DNA of 63,975 nucleotides, filler included, from Klebsormidium nitens (taxonomy: Eukaryota; Plantae; Klebsormidiophyceae): the NCBI GenBank assembly GCA_000708835.1. It is 6 parts of 6 records of this genome, joined end to end, with 100 filler letters (N's around TTAATTAATTAA, not from the genome) between each part and the next. Parts side by side here need not be neighbours in the genome. Positions count along the whole stretch, not along the records: positions 17,261 to 48,629 come from DF237760.1; positions 48,730 to 52,032 come from DF238078.1; positions 52,133 to 55,638 come from DF238572.1; positions 55,739 to 62,253 come from DF237610.1; 2 more parts are not named here. The stretch is one strand, 5' to 3'. Position 1 is the stretch's first letter; the number at the start of each line of letters is the position of its first letter. The translations under genes and the position numbers were made by a program. Of the stretch, positions 47,914 to 61,928 are shown in pieces. The notes beneath the pieces are model-generated. The model had not been told where the DNA came from. It did no database searches and saw nothing but the letters and a program-made list of their open reading frames with translations.

Positions 47914-50900
47914 GAAGGTCCTGGTTGAGCAGCCTGTCGGTTGCAGAAAAGTACATATGGATATTCAGATTCGATTGAACTCGTCTTCCCAAACACAAGT
48001 CGGTTATTGTAAGTATCTGACCGCGTCGTTCCATTTCTTGACAACACATCGTTATGCTAAGTCCTCTTGTCATAGCCATGTATACTTTTGAGATATCAGG
48101 AGCTGGGCGCAATCGATTGGGCGCGCAACAAATGCAGAATCTGTCATTACGGAGCTATGTCTGTACACCGTCTGGACGTTGCTCGATTTTTGGCCAGCTC
48201 GCGCTGAGATCATACGCTAGATCTCTGTGGCCCGAATTGTAGAGGCCGAGTAATCTAGTGGCCGTGACCTATTTGCTGGTCACGCCTCTCTGCACGGAAG
48301 CTTTGTGTATGACCTAATATGCATGCGGTATCAACAATTCACGGTGTACGGTGCTCTGTACGCCATATGTTTATTTCATCCGTGCCACTTACATGAACAA
48401 CCGACCGTCCCGGCCAATCGTTGTTAATTAGCCTGAGCTAATGAAGACTCCCTTGGGGCCCGCGGCTCTCGCCATCGTCAATGACGGGGTTTGCATGCAT
48501 GAGCAACTTTTTCAAGCACGTATTCCGAAAAATCTGCAAACCATGACGTACCGGTTATTCTAATAACAGTTGTCACGCCAGATTGGCTCCTTGCCATAGC
48601 ACGTCCTGAGCGCGCGCGCGCGCGCATCGNNNNNNNNNNNNNNNNNNNNNNNNNNNNNNNNNNNNNNNNNNNNTTAATTAATTAANNNNNNNNNNNNNNN
48701 NNNNNNNNNNNNNNNNNNNNNNNNNNNNNTGGGCGCCCACTGATCGGTACCTCGCCATCCGAGCGTGAAGGGGTCCTTCGTGGTCCAGGCTGATCCGCAC
48801 GTGGCGCGTTTGCCTGGGCCGTTGACAGCCCTTCGTCTGTAAGGATGTCCAAAAACAGGTGAGAAGAGATAAGAAATGAGAGGTGTATCAGGTACGTGTT
48901 TGCAATGATAGGTAGTTGTGGATAAAAAGTCAATTTTAAATGCGCTGTTTAGGACATGTCTGGAAGGCCTCAGAGTAACTTCTGGCGGTATGGCGGTATG
49001 GCTGAAACATGCAGGTCGGAAGCTGGCCCTTCCACTTCTTGTTGAATCAAACAGGGCAGAGTGGCAAACGGATGAGACTCTAAACCCAAAAAGGCGTTCC
49101 TTGGACATCGTACAGATTCAGACACAACAAGGTATGATGTTAGCGCGTCCATAAGCCGTGCACATTCGTCGAGCAATCCAAAATTCTGTGAAAATAGACA
49201 CTAATCAGGCGTGCGCTGACTGCTTCCGGCGCCTCCAAGAGGTTAACCATTCTCTGACAAATAAGTAAAAACACGCGGGAAATCGGACGCTTTTGGCGAG
49301 CCCGCTGAACGCTGGCTAACTTGCCGAAGGAGGACATAAGCAAAATCAAAGCAACGCAGACAGGTTCCAAGAACCTCGGCCAATCGGTTCCATGGTCAAA
49401 CGCGGTTAGAATTCCTCTATGTCAAGCAAGCACTTGTGGAATCATTTTGTATTAAACCTTACAAACTAATAAAACTGCCGTCCTCAACTCGAAAAGTACC
49501 CTTCAGGACTATCGGGTCGTGTTGCGGTGCTCATGAGATGGATGAATGCAGCAAGGGTCGGCAAATCTCGTTCTCATTCTCGGGATTATGCAACGAACCC
49601 ACTGAAACGAACAGGAGGAAGATTCATCGACATTTCCGAGAATGTTCTGGATCGGACCAACGCGCTAACAACCTACCATGACTGCTGCTCGGGGCCGGCG
49701 AATTTGATTCAGTCCCTTTAGCGGCGCTTTTTNNNNNNNNNNNNNNNNNNNNNNNNNNNNNNNNNNNNNNNNNNNNNNNNNNNNNNNNNNNNNNNNNNNN
49801 NNNNNNNNNNNNNNNNNNNNNNNNNNNNNNNNNNNNNNNNNCAGTAACCAGAACTGGAGAGGGTGAAAGGGGACTGAAGCAAAGCAAAAGCACTCTGCGA
49901 GATGCGTTGTGAGCGCAGCGAACACGAACAAGCTATACTTGATGATACAATTTTCATAACCAGGAAAAGGAACCGAGATGATAAACATAGAAGCATATTC
50001 GGATAACAGGTGATATAGAGGTTGCTTGCAGAATCTTTGGAGCTGGGCTTTATGACCAAAAACTTTATGCACAGCAACAGCACTGCGCACGCTGGAGCAA
50101 GGTCTGGTGTCCTTGCTTATCTCAAGGCCCTTTTACAAAGGCATTTGCAAACAAAGCACAGCAAGAAGGAACAAAAGTCCACTCTTTTGCAGACGAGTCG
50201 ATACAACAAAGGCAGGCCCTACCTGCAGACTCCTCCACCTGGGCAGCCGATGGGCCTGTAGTGCCTTCATTCGACCCTGCATCAGTGCCCGCACAATACA
50301 GGTCAGACTGCTACCGGCTGGGCTCAGGCGGTGTTGGCTGGCAAGAAGTCGGTCAACAATGAGCACTGTAATATAAACTTAGCTACTTACAAGCTGATTA
50401 TGTGCAACAGGCACTGTGCAAGTTAACAAAGCGCTCACAGAAGATTGGAGAGACTCCTAAGTTTCAGGATAGTTATGCTAACTGTTTACAAACGAGATAC
50501 ATGTGCCACAGAACTTTGACATTGGACAATACATAAGGATCTCAACTGGAATCATCAAGGCTATGCTGTGGCCAAAGAAGCTTTCGGCACAAGGTTGGCA
50601 TAGGCCCAGGCACCCTTACGAGATAGAATCACCGCAGCCCTTGTAGGCCCTCAAACGGAATATGTTGATTGTGATGAAGAAGCCATGCTGACACGCAACA
50701 TTTTCTTCCCTTTTTCTCACCAAGGGGGGTCTTCTTTGCTCTGGGGATCCTGGCACGTTCATCGCAGGAACTCCGCGTCGGTTCAGGTTGAGCCGCATTT
50801 CCCTTTGTTTTGGGGGCTTGAGCATCATGGGAGGGGCCTGAACAGTTTAAATAGTACACGCGATCTGTTAGCTTGTCTGCACAAAAGGCACATCAGTTTT

Positions 50901-53900
50901 GCTCAGCGACCGCCGACTCGGGTTACAGGGTCTCAGAGCTGCCAATGGGAATCGACAGGGCACCAGCGCACAAGTCAGTCCTCAATCAGGATCTGTGCAA
51001 GTTCTGAATGAAGCCACTTCAACTGAGAAGCTGCGACGATACGTGGTCATTGAAGGCCATCCAGTTTCAAAAGCCAGCACGGCAATCATCCTCAATCAGA
51101 AGACGACTTGCTCTGATCATTCTCTGATGCAGCCTTCAGTGGATGCAGTACGGGTTGTCCTTTCTGATCATATGAAAAAGCAAGTTGCACATAGATCACT
51201 TGTGGAACCGCAGTCGTCGATGCAAAATGGATCAGATTGACAAGTAAGCAAGGAGTTAGGAAGCTTTGTCCAAAGTTGTCAGTGAAAGTCACAAACAGAA
51301 AGCGATCATAGGAGACCTTGCACTTGAAAGAAAGTTTCCTTGGAGGCAAACACACCTTTGCTTTGCTCGCCGCCCTCTCGTCGCTGCAGCAGTTGCTCAT
51401 CCAAGAAGGAATCAAAGTGTGCGTTCTCTAGGTGTGCTAGTTTCTTCAGGACACTCCCGTACTACTCTGAGTTGAATGTCCTTTTGGACAAGTCTGACCA
51501 GGGGTCGGAATTGTTCAGTTTGATGAGCTCAGTCCAAGATGCAACACCTTTCTCCTTGGCATAAGAGAGAAGAGCTGTTCCTAGCTCTGGGATAGTATAA
51601 TCTTGCCCTCTGGTGGGAATGTTTTTCCTGAGGAGGGCTGGATAATTGTTGCTCTTGATTTTGAGCCCCTTCCAATGTTGCTTCAGAGCTGTCTCCATCT
51701 GTTTCACATTGCCAGGTTCCATCTCGGGAGCAGATGACCTTGGTACTCAAGACAAAGCCACGTTCAGGGCCACAAAGCTCAGGCAACCCTATCCAAGCAG
51801 GCCTGCAAGGGAAGCCAAAGCCTGAGCACAATAATGCAGCTTTCTTGCACAATGAAGGCTTCAATTCAGTTCTTGCGATGATTCTCCTGGCGGAACGCAG
51901 CTCCAGAATGAGGATAAACCACTGAATGGAAAGCTGAACCTATAGATGCGAGAGCGGCCGGCAATGGCGGCATATGGGCTTTGTTCCATATGCTTATGAC
52001 GGCCGTCACATACAGGTAAGACCGCCGACTCANNNNNNNNNNNNNNNNNNNNNNNNNNNNNNNNNNNNNNNNNNNNTTAATTAATTAANNNNNNNNNNNN
52101 NNNNNNNNNNNNNNNNNNNNNNNNNNNNNNNNATGAGTGGGAGTACAAGCTGTGCCAATCATTGGCACCGCAAAAGTCGGTGAGTTTCCAATCCATGTTT
52201 TGTCCAGGTCGATGGGCTACCTTGCGCCAGAGTCCCAGTGTCTAATCTGCCTAGATTGTGGGTATTATAAAATTTCCGCTCAAATTCACGTGCCGACATT
52301 CAAGACTTCCGGTCTGAAATTCTTTGTGTACACCCACAAATCCACTTGAGATCTATGTACCCAGCCTCAACTATTAAGAAATCGAGAAAATCGCCAAGAA
52401 CAGACGAATCGATGGCCCGCAATTCGATTTTGCTGACATCATCACCATCCAACGGCCCACATCAAAAATAACTATTAATCTCAGATTTTACAGCCCGAAG
52501 GGTGTATCCATAGGATTTTTTCTAATGACCAAGCTCGATGCCCTGAGCCACCTCGCAAATTTCCGAGGCCCGATAGGCCCGATGAAAATGATGGCGCTAC
52601 GTTGCGATCAGCTAGCTGCTGCCTGGGAAACTGGTTCACGGTGGATCACAACAACTTTGCAAGGTTCCACTGGTCGAGTCTGAGCAGGAACTTAGGCAAG
52701 ATAAATGAAGCCTCAGTGAAGCGCTTCATTGCGGGCTCATTGCGCCCAGATCTGCGAAACGGATTCGAAACATCAGAAGCGCATCAGTTATAGTTGAGCC
52801 CGCGGGCTGGCCTCGACTGCAGGTTCAATTCAATTGATCGAGTCGACCTGTTCACACGGGGTTAATTACATGGAGAGTGACTTCAAAAGCAAGTTCGACA
52901 GAAAGAGAAAGTCTTCAATCATCTTGATCAGGCTTTCAAATATGGCATTTTCAAAAGACCGACGTGAGATGCAACACCGGGACGACGACACCGTTGGTTG
53001 AAGGTTGGTTAAGGGTCTTCCGAATCATTCGCGAAGCTCTGATTTACTAGTAGGTCAGCGCAACGACATCGAACGAACAAACGAACAAACGAAACGCATA
53101 CGGCACTGCAGCCTTGCAGGCATGCCACGCTTCGCCGGTCAAATGGATCTGCTGCCAACTCGCCGCAACCTTTGTGCCGCGGTGCACGCACGGTAGTCCT
53201 GCCATAGAAGCGGCGCGTGTCCTAGGTACTCCTGCCGCACTTTCTTGTGATTGCCTCGTACGAAGCCAGCAGATCATGCCAAGGACCTCGTTCTTGAGGA
53301 CACTACACTGACAGCTTCCGGAGGTTAAGCGTCAAGACTTATAAACGTTGACCATTGATGACGTTGTGACCCCAAGCGACTTTGCCCTTGAGTTGGTCAA
53401 CTGGTGGACATGTATGTGTTGGCTTTTTGGGGGTTTTGTGCACGAGGGGGGCCGGGGTGATAGCTGTCTGCTGTATTTGACGAGTTTAGACCGCGCCAAT
53501 TCCTCCACAAGATCCGGATGGTTGGAAGACGTCATGGGGTGACCGTAAGATCCTGCTGCCCGTTGTGCTGGACGTGAATTTTGTTTTAGCCGTCGTTGAG
53601 CTGTCTGGCAGAGTCCAATAATGAAGACGAGGGCGCGGCGATTGATTGGTCGATTGGGGCAAGCCCACCTTCTGAGATGCTAGCATCGACGGTCCAAAAC
53701 AATCACAGCGATGTGGGCAGCGATGTAAAGCACCCATCAGTTCATGTGGCTGAATATTGCCCAATTTGCCGCAAATCCAGCATGGAAGCTCATGGCGTAA
53801 AGCTCATGGTGCAGTCTGAAGCTGTCTCATTGAAGCTTCTGCACGTGCAAGAGGTCCATCTTGAAGCGCCGTACGAGCCTCCAAAAGTTCATTCAACGGT

Positions 53901-54099
53901 GGAACGTGGTGGCGCAAAGGTCGACTCGGCCCCTGGCCAAAAGGTCGAGTCGTCCCCATGACTCGAACCCTTGAGGTTAGGCTGCCGTACGGGCGGCTTA
54001 ACCAGTTTTGTCATAGGATACGTAAAATTCTCGAAGTTTCAGCGTTGACGTATGAAAGTGACGAGACCGAAATACAATTACATTTTGAACCGTTTGATC

Positions 54100-55050
54100 A
54101 GGTCACATGATTAGCTTTTGAATAGCTAGTACCTCAATGTGGTAGGTCACTAGCTGAACTAGCTCCGGCTTGAAGGGTACAACGAAGTGGATTATCATAC
54201 GAGTTATAGTGTCAGACGCTGCTTTAGCTAGGTTAGAGATAAGTAGTACGGTATCTCGGAGTAGATGTTCGAACTCATCGAATCGTGTGTTGACACCGTT
54301 CGGGCCCATGGCGCAAGCTACGGTCCTTATAATAGAAGTATGAATGAATGAATTGAGTGCACCTTTGATCCGCTGAGACTGCTGGACACGCAGTGGAACG
54401 AGTCGCGCAAAGTCCTCACAAAGTAAGATTATTCTGAGCGTCCTTGAAAGATTCTCCGAACCTTACGCTTTGCAAGTTCTCCAAGAGAAGCCAAGTGTTC
54501 TTGAATCTGCTGATTTGTAAGTCGTAGGGCCTGCAAACTCTGCATCTAGGAAAAAAGCAGCCTGGTCATACGAATCCCGAGCGAATGACAATTGTGTTTG
54601 TTCAAGACAGTGTCTCTCTATGGCGAGCAACCCCGCAAAGATTTTTGCAAGACGCCATGGCTCCACATTCTGCTGCCCCCACTGGATAGGGCACACCTCA
54701 GAGCGTCCAGACGAGGCCTTGCATGTATCAAACAATGAAGGAAGAAGGAGGAGATAGAAGTCCGCCATTGTCGCAACCTGGTGGAAGCCATGACCAAAAC
54801 CCAAAAAGCGCACACAAAATCTTTGCCAAAACCGTCCGAAGGAAGTTGAACTGGTCTTCTGCGACCGTCCGATGAAAAAGTCCTGGCAAAATGCGGGCCA
54901 AGATATAAACGGCATGAGTGGGCCAGGCGACTTGGAAACTTGATGGTGCTCTGTAGTTTTCAGTAATTGCAGGGCCGCTGGAGGCGGCTTTGTCGATCGG
55001 AGCGATTTGAAACGTTTCATGAATGTCACTTGTGCACCAGCACATGCTGC
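54100..55050 (-). pseudogene. Possible decayed DNA-transposase remnant (CACTA/Plavaka-like)
   Basis: Intronless reading frames broken by stops. RFLGFGHGFHQVATMADFYLLLLPSLF and MGPNGVNTRFDEFEHL loosely resemble, by eye, the F..G...T..E and G...T...E..H motifs of Plavaka/CACTA transposases. The region lies between assembly gaps. Confidence 0.3.
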
Positions 55051-56310
55051 TGAGCAGTCCGGCGAGTCTGGCATTGCCTCAGGCTGCATGAGCCCGGATT
55101 GCATGATTGACCGGAGCTTCAGTTGCACGCCGGCTGAGTCACATCAAACCAAATAGATTAGTACAGACATTAAGAGAGTGCGTAGACTGGGATGGCCGGT
55201 CGTGTTCTGCTTGTCTGCATGCAGAAGCTTCGAGTATACTTGCCCAGAAATTGAACATGACTTGCAACCGTAGCATTGAAGACGCGGCTGCGCTGCGGAG
55301 TCAAACCTTAATTGTATCGATCCCGGTCTCACCGGCCCGAACATTGCCGGGCCAAAGCAATGGCAAAGGCTCGGCGTGGCCCAGCCTGGGGGTATGGACG
55401 CAAGTGACCATCGGAGCTTGTTGACACTGCAGGCTGAGGCGGCTTGCTACGGCTGCAACTCAGTCCGATCATGGCCGGTTTTCTGACTTAAGTCCTAGCA
55501 TTTATGGTGCACACAAACAGGCACCGGCCAAAATATTATTACCTTAGTGAAAGTATGCTTGAATTGAGAGTGCCAGAAGTATATCTGCTAGCTAGCCTGA
55601 GTGACCGTCTGGTGTGCATGTGGAAACCTAACTGTAACNNNNNNNNNNNNNNNNNNNNNNNNNNNNNNNNNNNNNNNNNNNNTTAATTAATTAANNNNNN
55701 NNNNNNNNNNNNNNNNNNNNNNNNNNNNNNNNNNNNNNGCTTAGAGCTATTGGTTTTTGCCGACTAAGGCTTAGGAGGTACCTTCCGATGTATCCTTTCA
55801 TGTGCAAAAGACGGATCTCAAAAAGATGGAGCGAAGCATGAGATATGCATGAAGACGTCTTCATGATCATCGTCCCACGGCATTAGGGTTTTGAAATCGT
55901 CGAAATAGGGAAGTTCGACCTTTAACCTGTCTCGAGTCAGCACTGCTGCGTGAGTCCGAGTCTGAGCTTCTCGAATGAAGCAGAAAAGTGACAGGAGTCG
56001 CCGGACAGAAGAAGAAGCAGTGCATGAGAGAGACGGGCTTCGTTTCATGCAGTGGATCGCTTCTCTGCAGAGTTGGCACCAAAGTGGTTGTCTTTGGACT
56101 TGTGTTCCACTGACACCAGTTGCCGCTCCAAGAACTTTTGAGTTCACGAGCTGTGGACGAGAAAAGACGAAGCAGTGGTGATTAAGAGTAGCATCTTTTT
56201 TACAATTGGTGTTCAGGCGTCCTTCCTCTTCCAGCAGAAAACCCCAAAATTGAAGTTGAGATATTTGCGAGTATAACACGGGCAGTGCCTCAGCTGCCTG
56301 GCAGCGCAGC

Positions 56311-59300
56311 ATGGCTGAGAAGTGGTCTGGGGCGGTCAGAGTAGCGGACTTGAATGATTTTATTGCCCCATCACAAGCGTGTGTGGTCAACTTGAAGGGG
56401 CAGAAGCAGTCGGAGGAGGAACAGCAGGGGCAGGCCAAGGTATGACCTGCAAGTAATTCACGGGCATGGAAGACTCCTGCCATGGCTTCTCTATGCCCAC
56501 TTTGATGGAACGCTTGCACCCATCAAGACCCAATTGGGATCTGCTCTTCTGGAACTGGTGCCCCCCATATGCACTTTCCAGGATAATTGGTGGTGTCAAA
56601 TTGGTGCTAAAGAATCTAGTGGACGTTCCTACTTGCGAGTGGTGGCGTTAAGTCTAGAAGTGGGCCTCTCATAGCTGTGCGCTGTGCATGATAAGTGAGA
56701 GCCCTGCACAAAGTCGTTCAGGAAGATCTACAATGTTGATGCCCGCTTCTTGTGGTATGCAGGATGGTCTGGTGCAGATTCAGGCCCGGAAGATTGACTT
56801 CCCCCAGGTGCGGAAGGCTGCTACTGATGAAGCCATCAAAGTCAGCCTGCATGACTGCCTGGCGTGCAGGTAAACGCCCGCTAGCACCATCTGACGTACG
56901 TGCTTTAACCCATTCCACAAGATTGGTTCATGATTCTCCGGTTTTTCCCCCATTGATGACACGCTCTCCTTGGGGGCTGCTGACGCTGCCCCCTGTGTCC
57001 TGCGCAGTGGGTGCATCACGTCTGCAGAGACCGTGATGCTGCAGCAGCAGAGCACCGACGAGTTTGTGCAGCGCCTCAGCAGTGCCACGCAGGCGGTGGT
57101 GGTCTCCCTCTCGCCTCAGAGCCGGGCCTCCCTGGCCACCCACTACGGCATCACCCCCCTCCAGGTACCCCGCCCAGCCCGACGGTTGCTAGGGAAGCCT
57201 GAAAAACGGGTTGCTCAGAATTTTGAAGTGACAGACAATAGCTGGCTTTTCTTGGACAGGGCGGCTGGCATGACATAAGTGGGGCTTGCGATTGGTTGTC
57301 CTTGTTCTCTGGCGGCACCCTGAAACACTTCGGACGTTCTTGTGCACATGCAGGCGTTCCGCAAGCTGACTGGCTTTCTGAAGTCGCTGGGAGTGAGGGC
57401 GGTGTTTGACACCAGCTGCAGCCGCGACCTGTCCCTCCTAGAGTCCTGTCAAGAGTTCGTGGACCGCTACAGAAAGGCAGCCGGCAATAGTGCCACCAAA
57501 CAGGGGGAGCTGCCCATGCTGGCCTCCGCCTGCCCAGGTAAGTTGCAATAATTCCAGATTGATGCCGCATCCGAGGAGCCAATACAGACGAGTAGCCTCC
57601 TCCCCTGAAAACGACAGAATTGGCGAAAGACAGGGTGAAGGCGCCAATGAGTCGTCTGGCAAGTTGCCAGTGCTTGTTCAGAGTAGTGTTTTGTAGACAC
57701 GGGTTGTACGTGACCATTTTGTGATGCTGTCTGTTGTTGCAGGCTGGGTGTGCTACGCGGAGAAGACGCACGGGCAGCACATCCTGCCGCACATCAGCAG
57801 CACCAAGAGCCCACAGCAGGTCATGGGCACGCTGGTCAAGCGCCATGCCTGCTACCGCCTCGGCCTCAGGTCAGACCGCACCCCCGCGACCAGCCCGGGC
57901 ATGGGCCTCGTTTCTTGGATGACTGTAGACGGGCTGGTCAGAATACGGAGTCTCAGGGACGTGTTCCCCGCTTCTTGACTTTCTCAGGAAGCTGGTCCGT
58001 CACCTGTCTCTGTTCAATTACTGGAGTTTTGTTGGTGATTGGTTCAATGTTCGAAGAGCCGTTGTCTTTGTGGCGACCCCGTTGGTGGGGCTGATTGGTT
58101 GCTTCCCTCTGACACAGGCCTGAAGACATCTACCACGTGACCATCATGCCGTGCTATGACAAGAAGCTGGAAGCCGCGCGCGACGACTTCATCTTTGCAG
58201 TCGACCCAGGGGGCGGCACGGGGGACTCGGGGCAAGCAGGGCCGAGGGTTACTGAGGTGGACTCGGTGCTGACGTCAGGCGAAATTCTGGACCTGCTGGA
58301 GGTGAGGTCCTTCACCAGGAAGCCGGCAGCGTCTTTGTCAAAAGAGGGAGACCGCTCCACCTTCGAGGGCTGACCATGACTGTGCACGTGGGCTGCCAAA
58401 GATGGCGTAGGCCGAGCAGGCTAGTCCGTTCACCAAGGATTCGGGCGGGCTCTGTTCTTGCGCGTGTTGCCAAGTGGCACACTGATAGTCAGTGGCAGTG
58501 TACGACGGCTCAATCGAAGTTCTACTCGAAGTTTGGCGCTCACGACTGGCAACGCAGGTTCTGACACTTGTCCAAGTAAGGCCTGGTTGAAAAAAGGTTT
58601 AGTAGCAAGAAAGTCGAAGCTTTGCATCGAAGGCCACTCAATCATTCACGTGGCAGGAGGGCTGCGGAGATTGCGAAGTCGAACTTGCCTCAGCTTAACC
58701 GATCCTACAATCTTCCGCCCTTCTTGAAGCTTGGTCACGCCGGATCTTGACACTCCATTCCCTTTGCTTACAGTCCCGAGGCGTTGACTTCGCTGCCCTG
58801 GAAGAAGCCCCACTGGACCTCATGTGAGCTTTGTCCCTCTTGTAAACGCTCTATGTCATATTGATTCTTGCTGGAGGCATGATCAGGACGATGCATGGGC
58901 ACCCTCGTTTGCTTGCGCACATTTGTACCCCCTCTGCCCCGGACTTTCCCCTCAGCTTGCGGCGTCGCTGGCTGGCACAGGCTGAGCAGCGTGGACGAGG
59001 CGGGCCACGTGTACGGGGTGCGCGGCGGTGCGGGCGGCTACCTGGAGACTAACTTCCGACACGCGGCCAGGGTGCTCTTCGGGCAGACGGTGGAGGGGCC
59101 GCTGCAGATGAAGACGCTCCGGAACGCCGACTTCAAGGAGGTCTCGCTCGAGGTCAGGCACGAGGCGCGTCGCAAGGCGGGAGAAGCAAGAGTCACTAAC
59201 GGTCTTGACACATCCCTGCCATTCTCAAACGAACATAGATGGAGCAGATGTCCTGGACCAGAGAGGTACTACTCGCTCATCCGCTTGCAAATTCTTCAGC

Positions 59301-59915
59301 TGTCCGGCTGGTTTTCTGCCCTTGTGAGGACCCTTCGTCCTGACGTGCCCTGTCCCTGTTTTGCCCAGGTGGACGGCAAGCGGGTGCTCCACTTCGCCGC
59401 CGCTTACGGTTTCCGGAACATCCAGAACCTGGTGCGCAAGATCAAGCAGGGCAAGTGCGAGTACCAGTTCGTGGAGATCATGGCGTGCCCCGCGGGCTGC
59501 CTCAACGGCGGCGGGCAGATCAAGCCGCGCAAGGGCCAGACCGCCAAGGACCTCATCCAGCACCTCGAGGCCGCGTACCTGCACGAGGTAGCCACCGACG
59601 GGCCACGTTAGCGGCTGTGATGGCAGGCGGGCTTGGCACGCTGGGCTGGACTTCTCGGACTTGGCACGCTTCCATCTGACTTGCTTGCCTCTGGTGTCTC
59701 TGGGTTGACCGCACCTGGTGATCAGCGATCGACTCTGACTGCCTGCGTTGATTTTGCTGCAGGTGACAGTCCGTGACCCAGCGGACAACCCCCTCGTCCA
59801 GGAGCTGTACCGAACGTGGCTTGGGGGCCCGTATTCGGAAAATGCCCGCAGCTTATTGCACACGCAGTACCATGAAAGAGAACGAACGGTGACAGCCTCA
59901 ATCAGCAACTGGTGA
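56311..59915 (+). CDS. NAR1: Cytosolic Fe-S cluster assembly factor NAR1 / NARFL ([FeFe]-hydrogenase-like); 10 exons
   Basis: Phase-consistent exons: 56311-56439, 56763-56869, 57008-57164, 57354-57537, 57743-57869, 58118-58301, 58774-58823, 58981-59152, 59369-59587, 59763-59915. Motifs: [85 protein letters not shown]. Confidence 0.96.
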
Positions 59916-61117
59916 CAATAGCATAGAGGAGTAGGCAGGGTCCTCTTACAAACTAAATGCGCGCGTTTTAAGTCGTAGAAGCAAGTCTGCTGCATCATGA
60001 GGCCGCATGTGCAGCTTACTAGGAATCAAAGAACGTCGAATTATCTGCGGAGAGAACGAATTTAGCCGAATAGCGCTATATGTAGCTAATCCAAACCTTA
60101 GGCGCTTGGAGAGCTAAAGCTTAGAACAAAGGGCTGAGCCTAAAGTGAGTCCTTGGTTGTTTAAGAAGGATCACGAAGGACAAGACTCTTTTGCACGGTA
60201 TCCGATGAAGGCGACATGCCGCAACTTGCGAGTAACTAACCTTAATTCGAGGTGCATTGAAAGGTCTCTACTTTGTAACCTAGCCTTTGCCAGATCCATC
60301 TGCGCAACGCCTTGGGTACCTGATAGTCGTTGCTTCAAGTTTATCTGCGCGATTTGGTCGACCGTACCGCAGGCTCACAAATGGCTATTCTTGCTAATTT
60401 GCCATGCAGATCTCTTGTAGGTACGTCATGCGTGTTGGGCACCGTAGCTATAGAGATGTGTCTTCGTGGCCTCGTTACCAACGGAAGCTGGAGGGAGGCA
60501 TAGCTCAGCGACAAGTGAAATTTGAGGTGCTATATGGAACTCACATGCAACTTTGACTCTTTGAATTGGCTTGGCGAATGATCCTTGTTTGCATACAAAT
60601 AGCCTATTTGTATATATAGTATATCGATACTGATATATTGTAATTGTAATTTCGTTTGTTGTCATTGCAGCAGTGACCAAAGAAATTGATGCGTACAGCG
60701 CGGCCTCCATTGCAATTTACGCGCGAGACCATTGTTTGTATGGTGCTGAGGGCTATCATGTTAAAGCTGTTGGCCATGACAACGCATGTACTCATGACAT
60801 GGTAGATTCATTGCCTGGGCTTCTCCTGACATCCGTATCGGGCCCGGCCGGGGTTGCATGTTTTCGGTCGTGCCTATATTAGTAGCTAGGGCCTATGTAG
60901 TAGGCAGCAATATTATCATAATGATCCCATTGAACGTACCATTCGGAATTCCATGCCCCCCGACAGATTCCTGAGATTGACTTTGACATGCATCTGCCCA
61001 CTTACCGTCCGATACGATTATACCTGAAGCATCGAACGTTCGCATTAGGAGCTGGGCCCTGGCCCTGCGTCACCTGGGTGAGCCGGTGCCAGGTGGACAG
61101 TGGGCAGGTGGGTACCC

Positions 61118-61317
61118 ATAAAGTTTAATACCTAAAAGGATCTAATAGTAAATACGGTACCTATAAGGAAGTACTCGGGGCAGCAACCTAACTAAAAACC
61201 CTAATCAACAAACATGACCCGCTCCGCACCCTAACCTACCCTAACCATCATACCAACCCCACCCGTTCGCCGGGCGTGCCTTATAGCTCTTAGATCCTTT
61301 TAGGTATTAAACTTTAT
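61118..61317. mobile_element. 200-bp MITE-like element with perfect 27-bp TIRs
   Basis: ATAAAGTTTAATACCTAAAAGGATCTA and TAGATCCTTTTAGGTATTAAACTTTAT are exact reverse complements. CCC flanks both sides. The interior has ACCCTAACC-type motifs. Confidence 0.8.
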
Positions 61318-61362
61318 CCCTATGCCGTGGACACTGGACACAGGCTAGTTATACGCGGACCC

Positions 61363-61918
61363 TAGGTTCGCGACGGTCCCTCGACCGTCGGGTAACCGTT
61401 GGCCAACGGTTGGCCGCAACACTCCGAAAAGTGTCGCAACACTGTTGCGACACTTGCTCAGTAATTTGCCCCCAAAATAGGGGCAAAAAAAGATTTTACA
61501 CCGCGTTTCACTTCCGCTCGAAGACACACTCCCTACTTCGAGACTTAAGCAGGCCTAGGTGCCTGTAACATACTGCAACTTAAAGCAGAGTGTGTCAATT
61601 GGGCAATTTTAAATGGTAACAGTGTCAATATGCTTCGACAATACGCTTCACAGTGGTGAAGTCGTCGGGCCTCGCGAGGCCTGCCCTCGAGTTTTCCGTC
61701 CGGCTATCGAATATTTACCAAGTCTACGATGTTAGATTAGTAGTCTGAAATTTTGACTCGGCAGGCGGTTATGTTGGCCACGTATGAAAATCGAATGTCG
61801 AAAATGTACTTTTCAGTGTTGCGACACTGCCGCCCAGTGTTGCAACACTGTTGCAATGTGTTGGCCAAACGTTGGCCAACGGTTGGCCAACGACTGGCCG
61901 ACCGTCGCGCGAAACCCA
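61363..61918. mobile_element. Foldback-like element with long imperfect inverted arms built from palindromic subrepeats
   Basis: Left arm GGTTCGCGACGGTC...CCGTTGGCCAACGGTTGGCC...GCAACACTGTTGCGACAC mirrors right arm GTGTTGCGACAC...GTTGCAACAC...TTGGCCAACGGTTGGCCAAC...GACCGTCGCGCGAAACC. Confidence 0.65.
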
Positions 61919-61928
61919 AAATTGCATA

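Noticed and set aside
48609-48625. (GC)n run and other microsatellites (GATA near 36560, AACG/AAAC near 53075)
   Set aside because: Ordinary simple repeats; the first merely explains the adjacent assembly break.
55818-56519. 233-aa minus-strand ORF
   Set aside because: It overlaps NAR1 exon 1 in antisense and has no recognisable motif. It is probably a shadow ORF, although its last ~40 codons could be a real exon of a gene lost in the gap.
56311-59915. NAR1 as a true [FeFe]-hydrogenase (HydA)
   Set aside because: The N-terminal [24 protein letters not shown] and CYDKKLEA motifs are diagnostic of Nar1/NARFL, and there is no transit peptide.
30135-59915. PPK1-SEP1-NDB-NAR1 as a stress or energy gene cluster
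   Set aside because: Different compartments and orientations, separated by gaps and transposon relics. Nothing in the sequence supports co-regulation.
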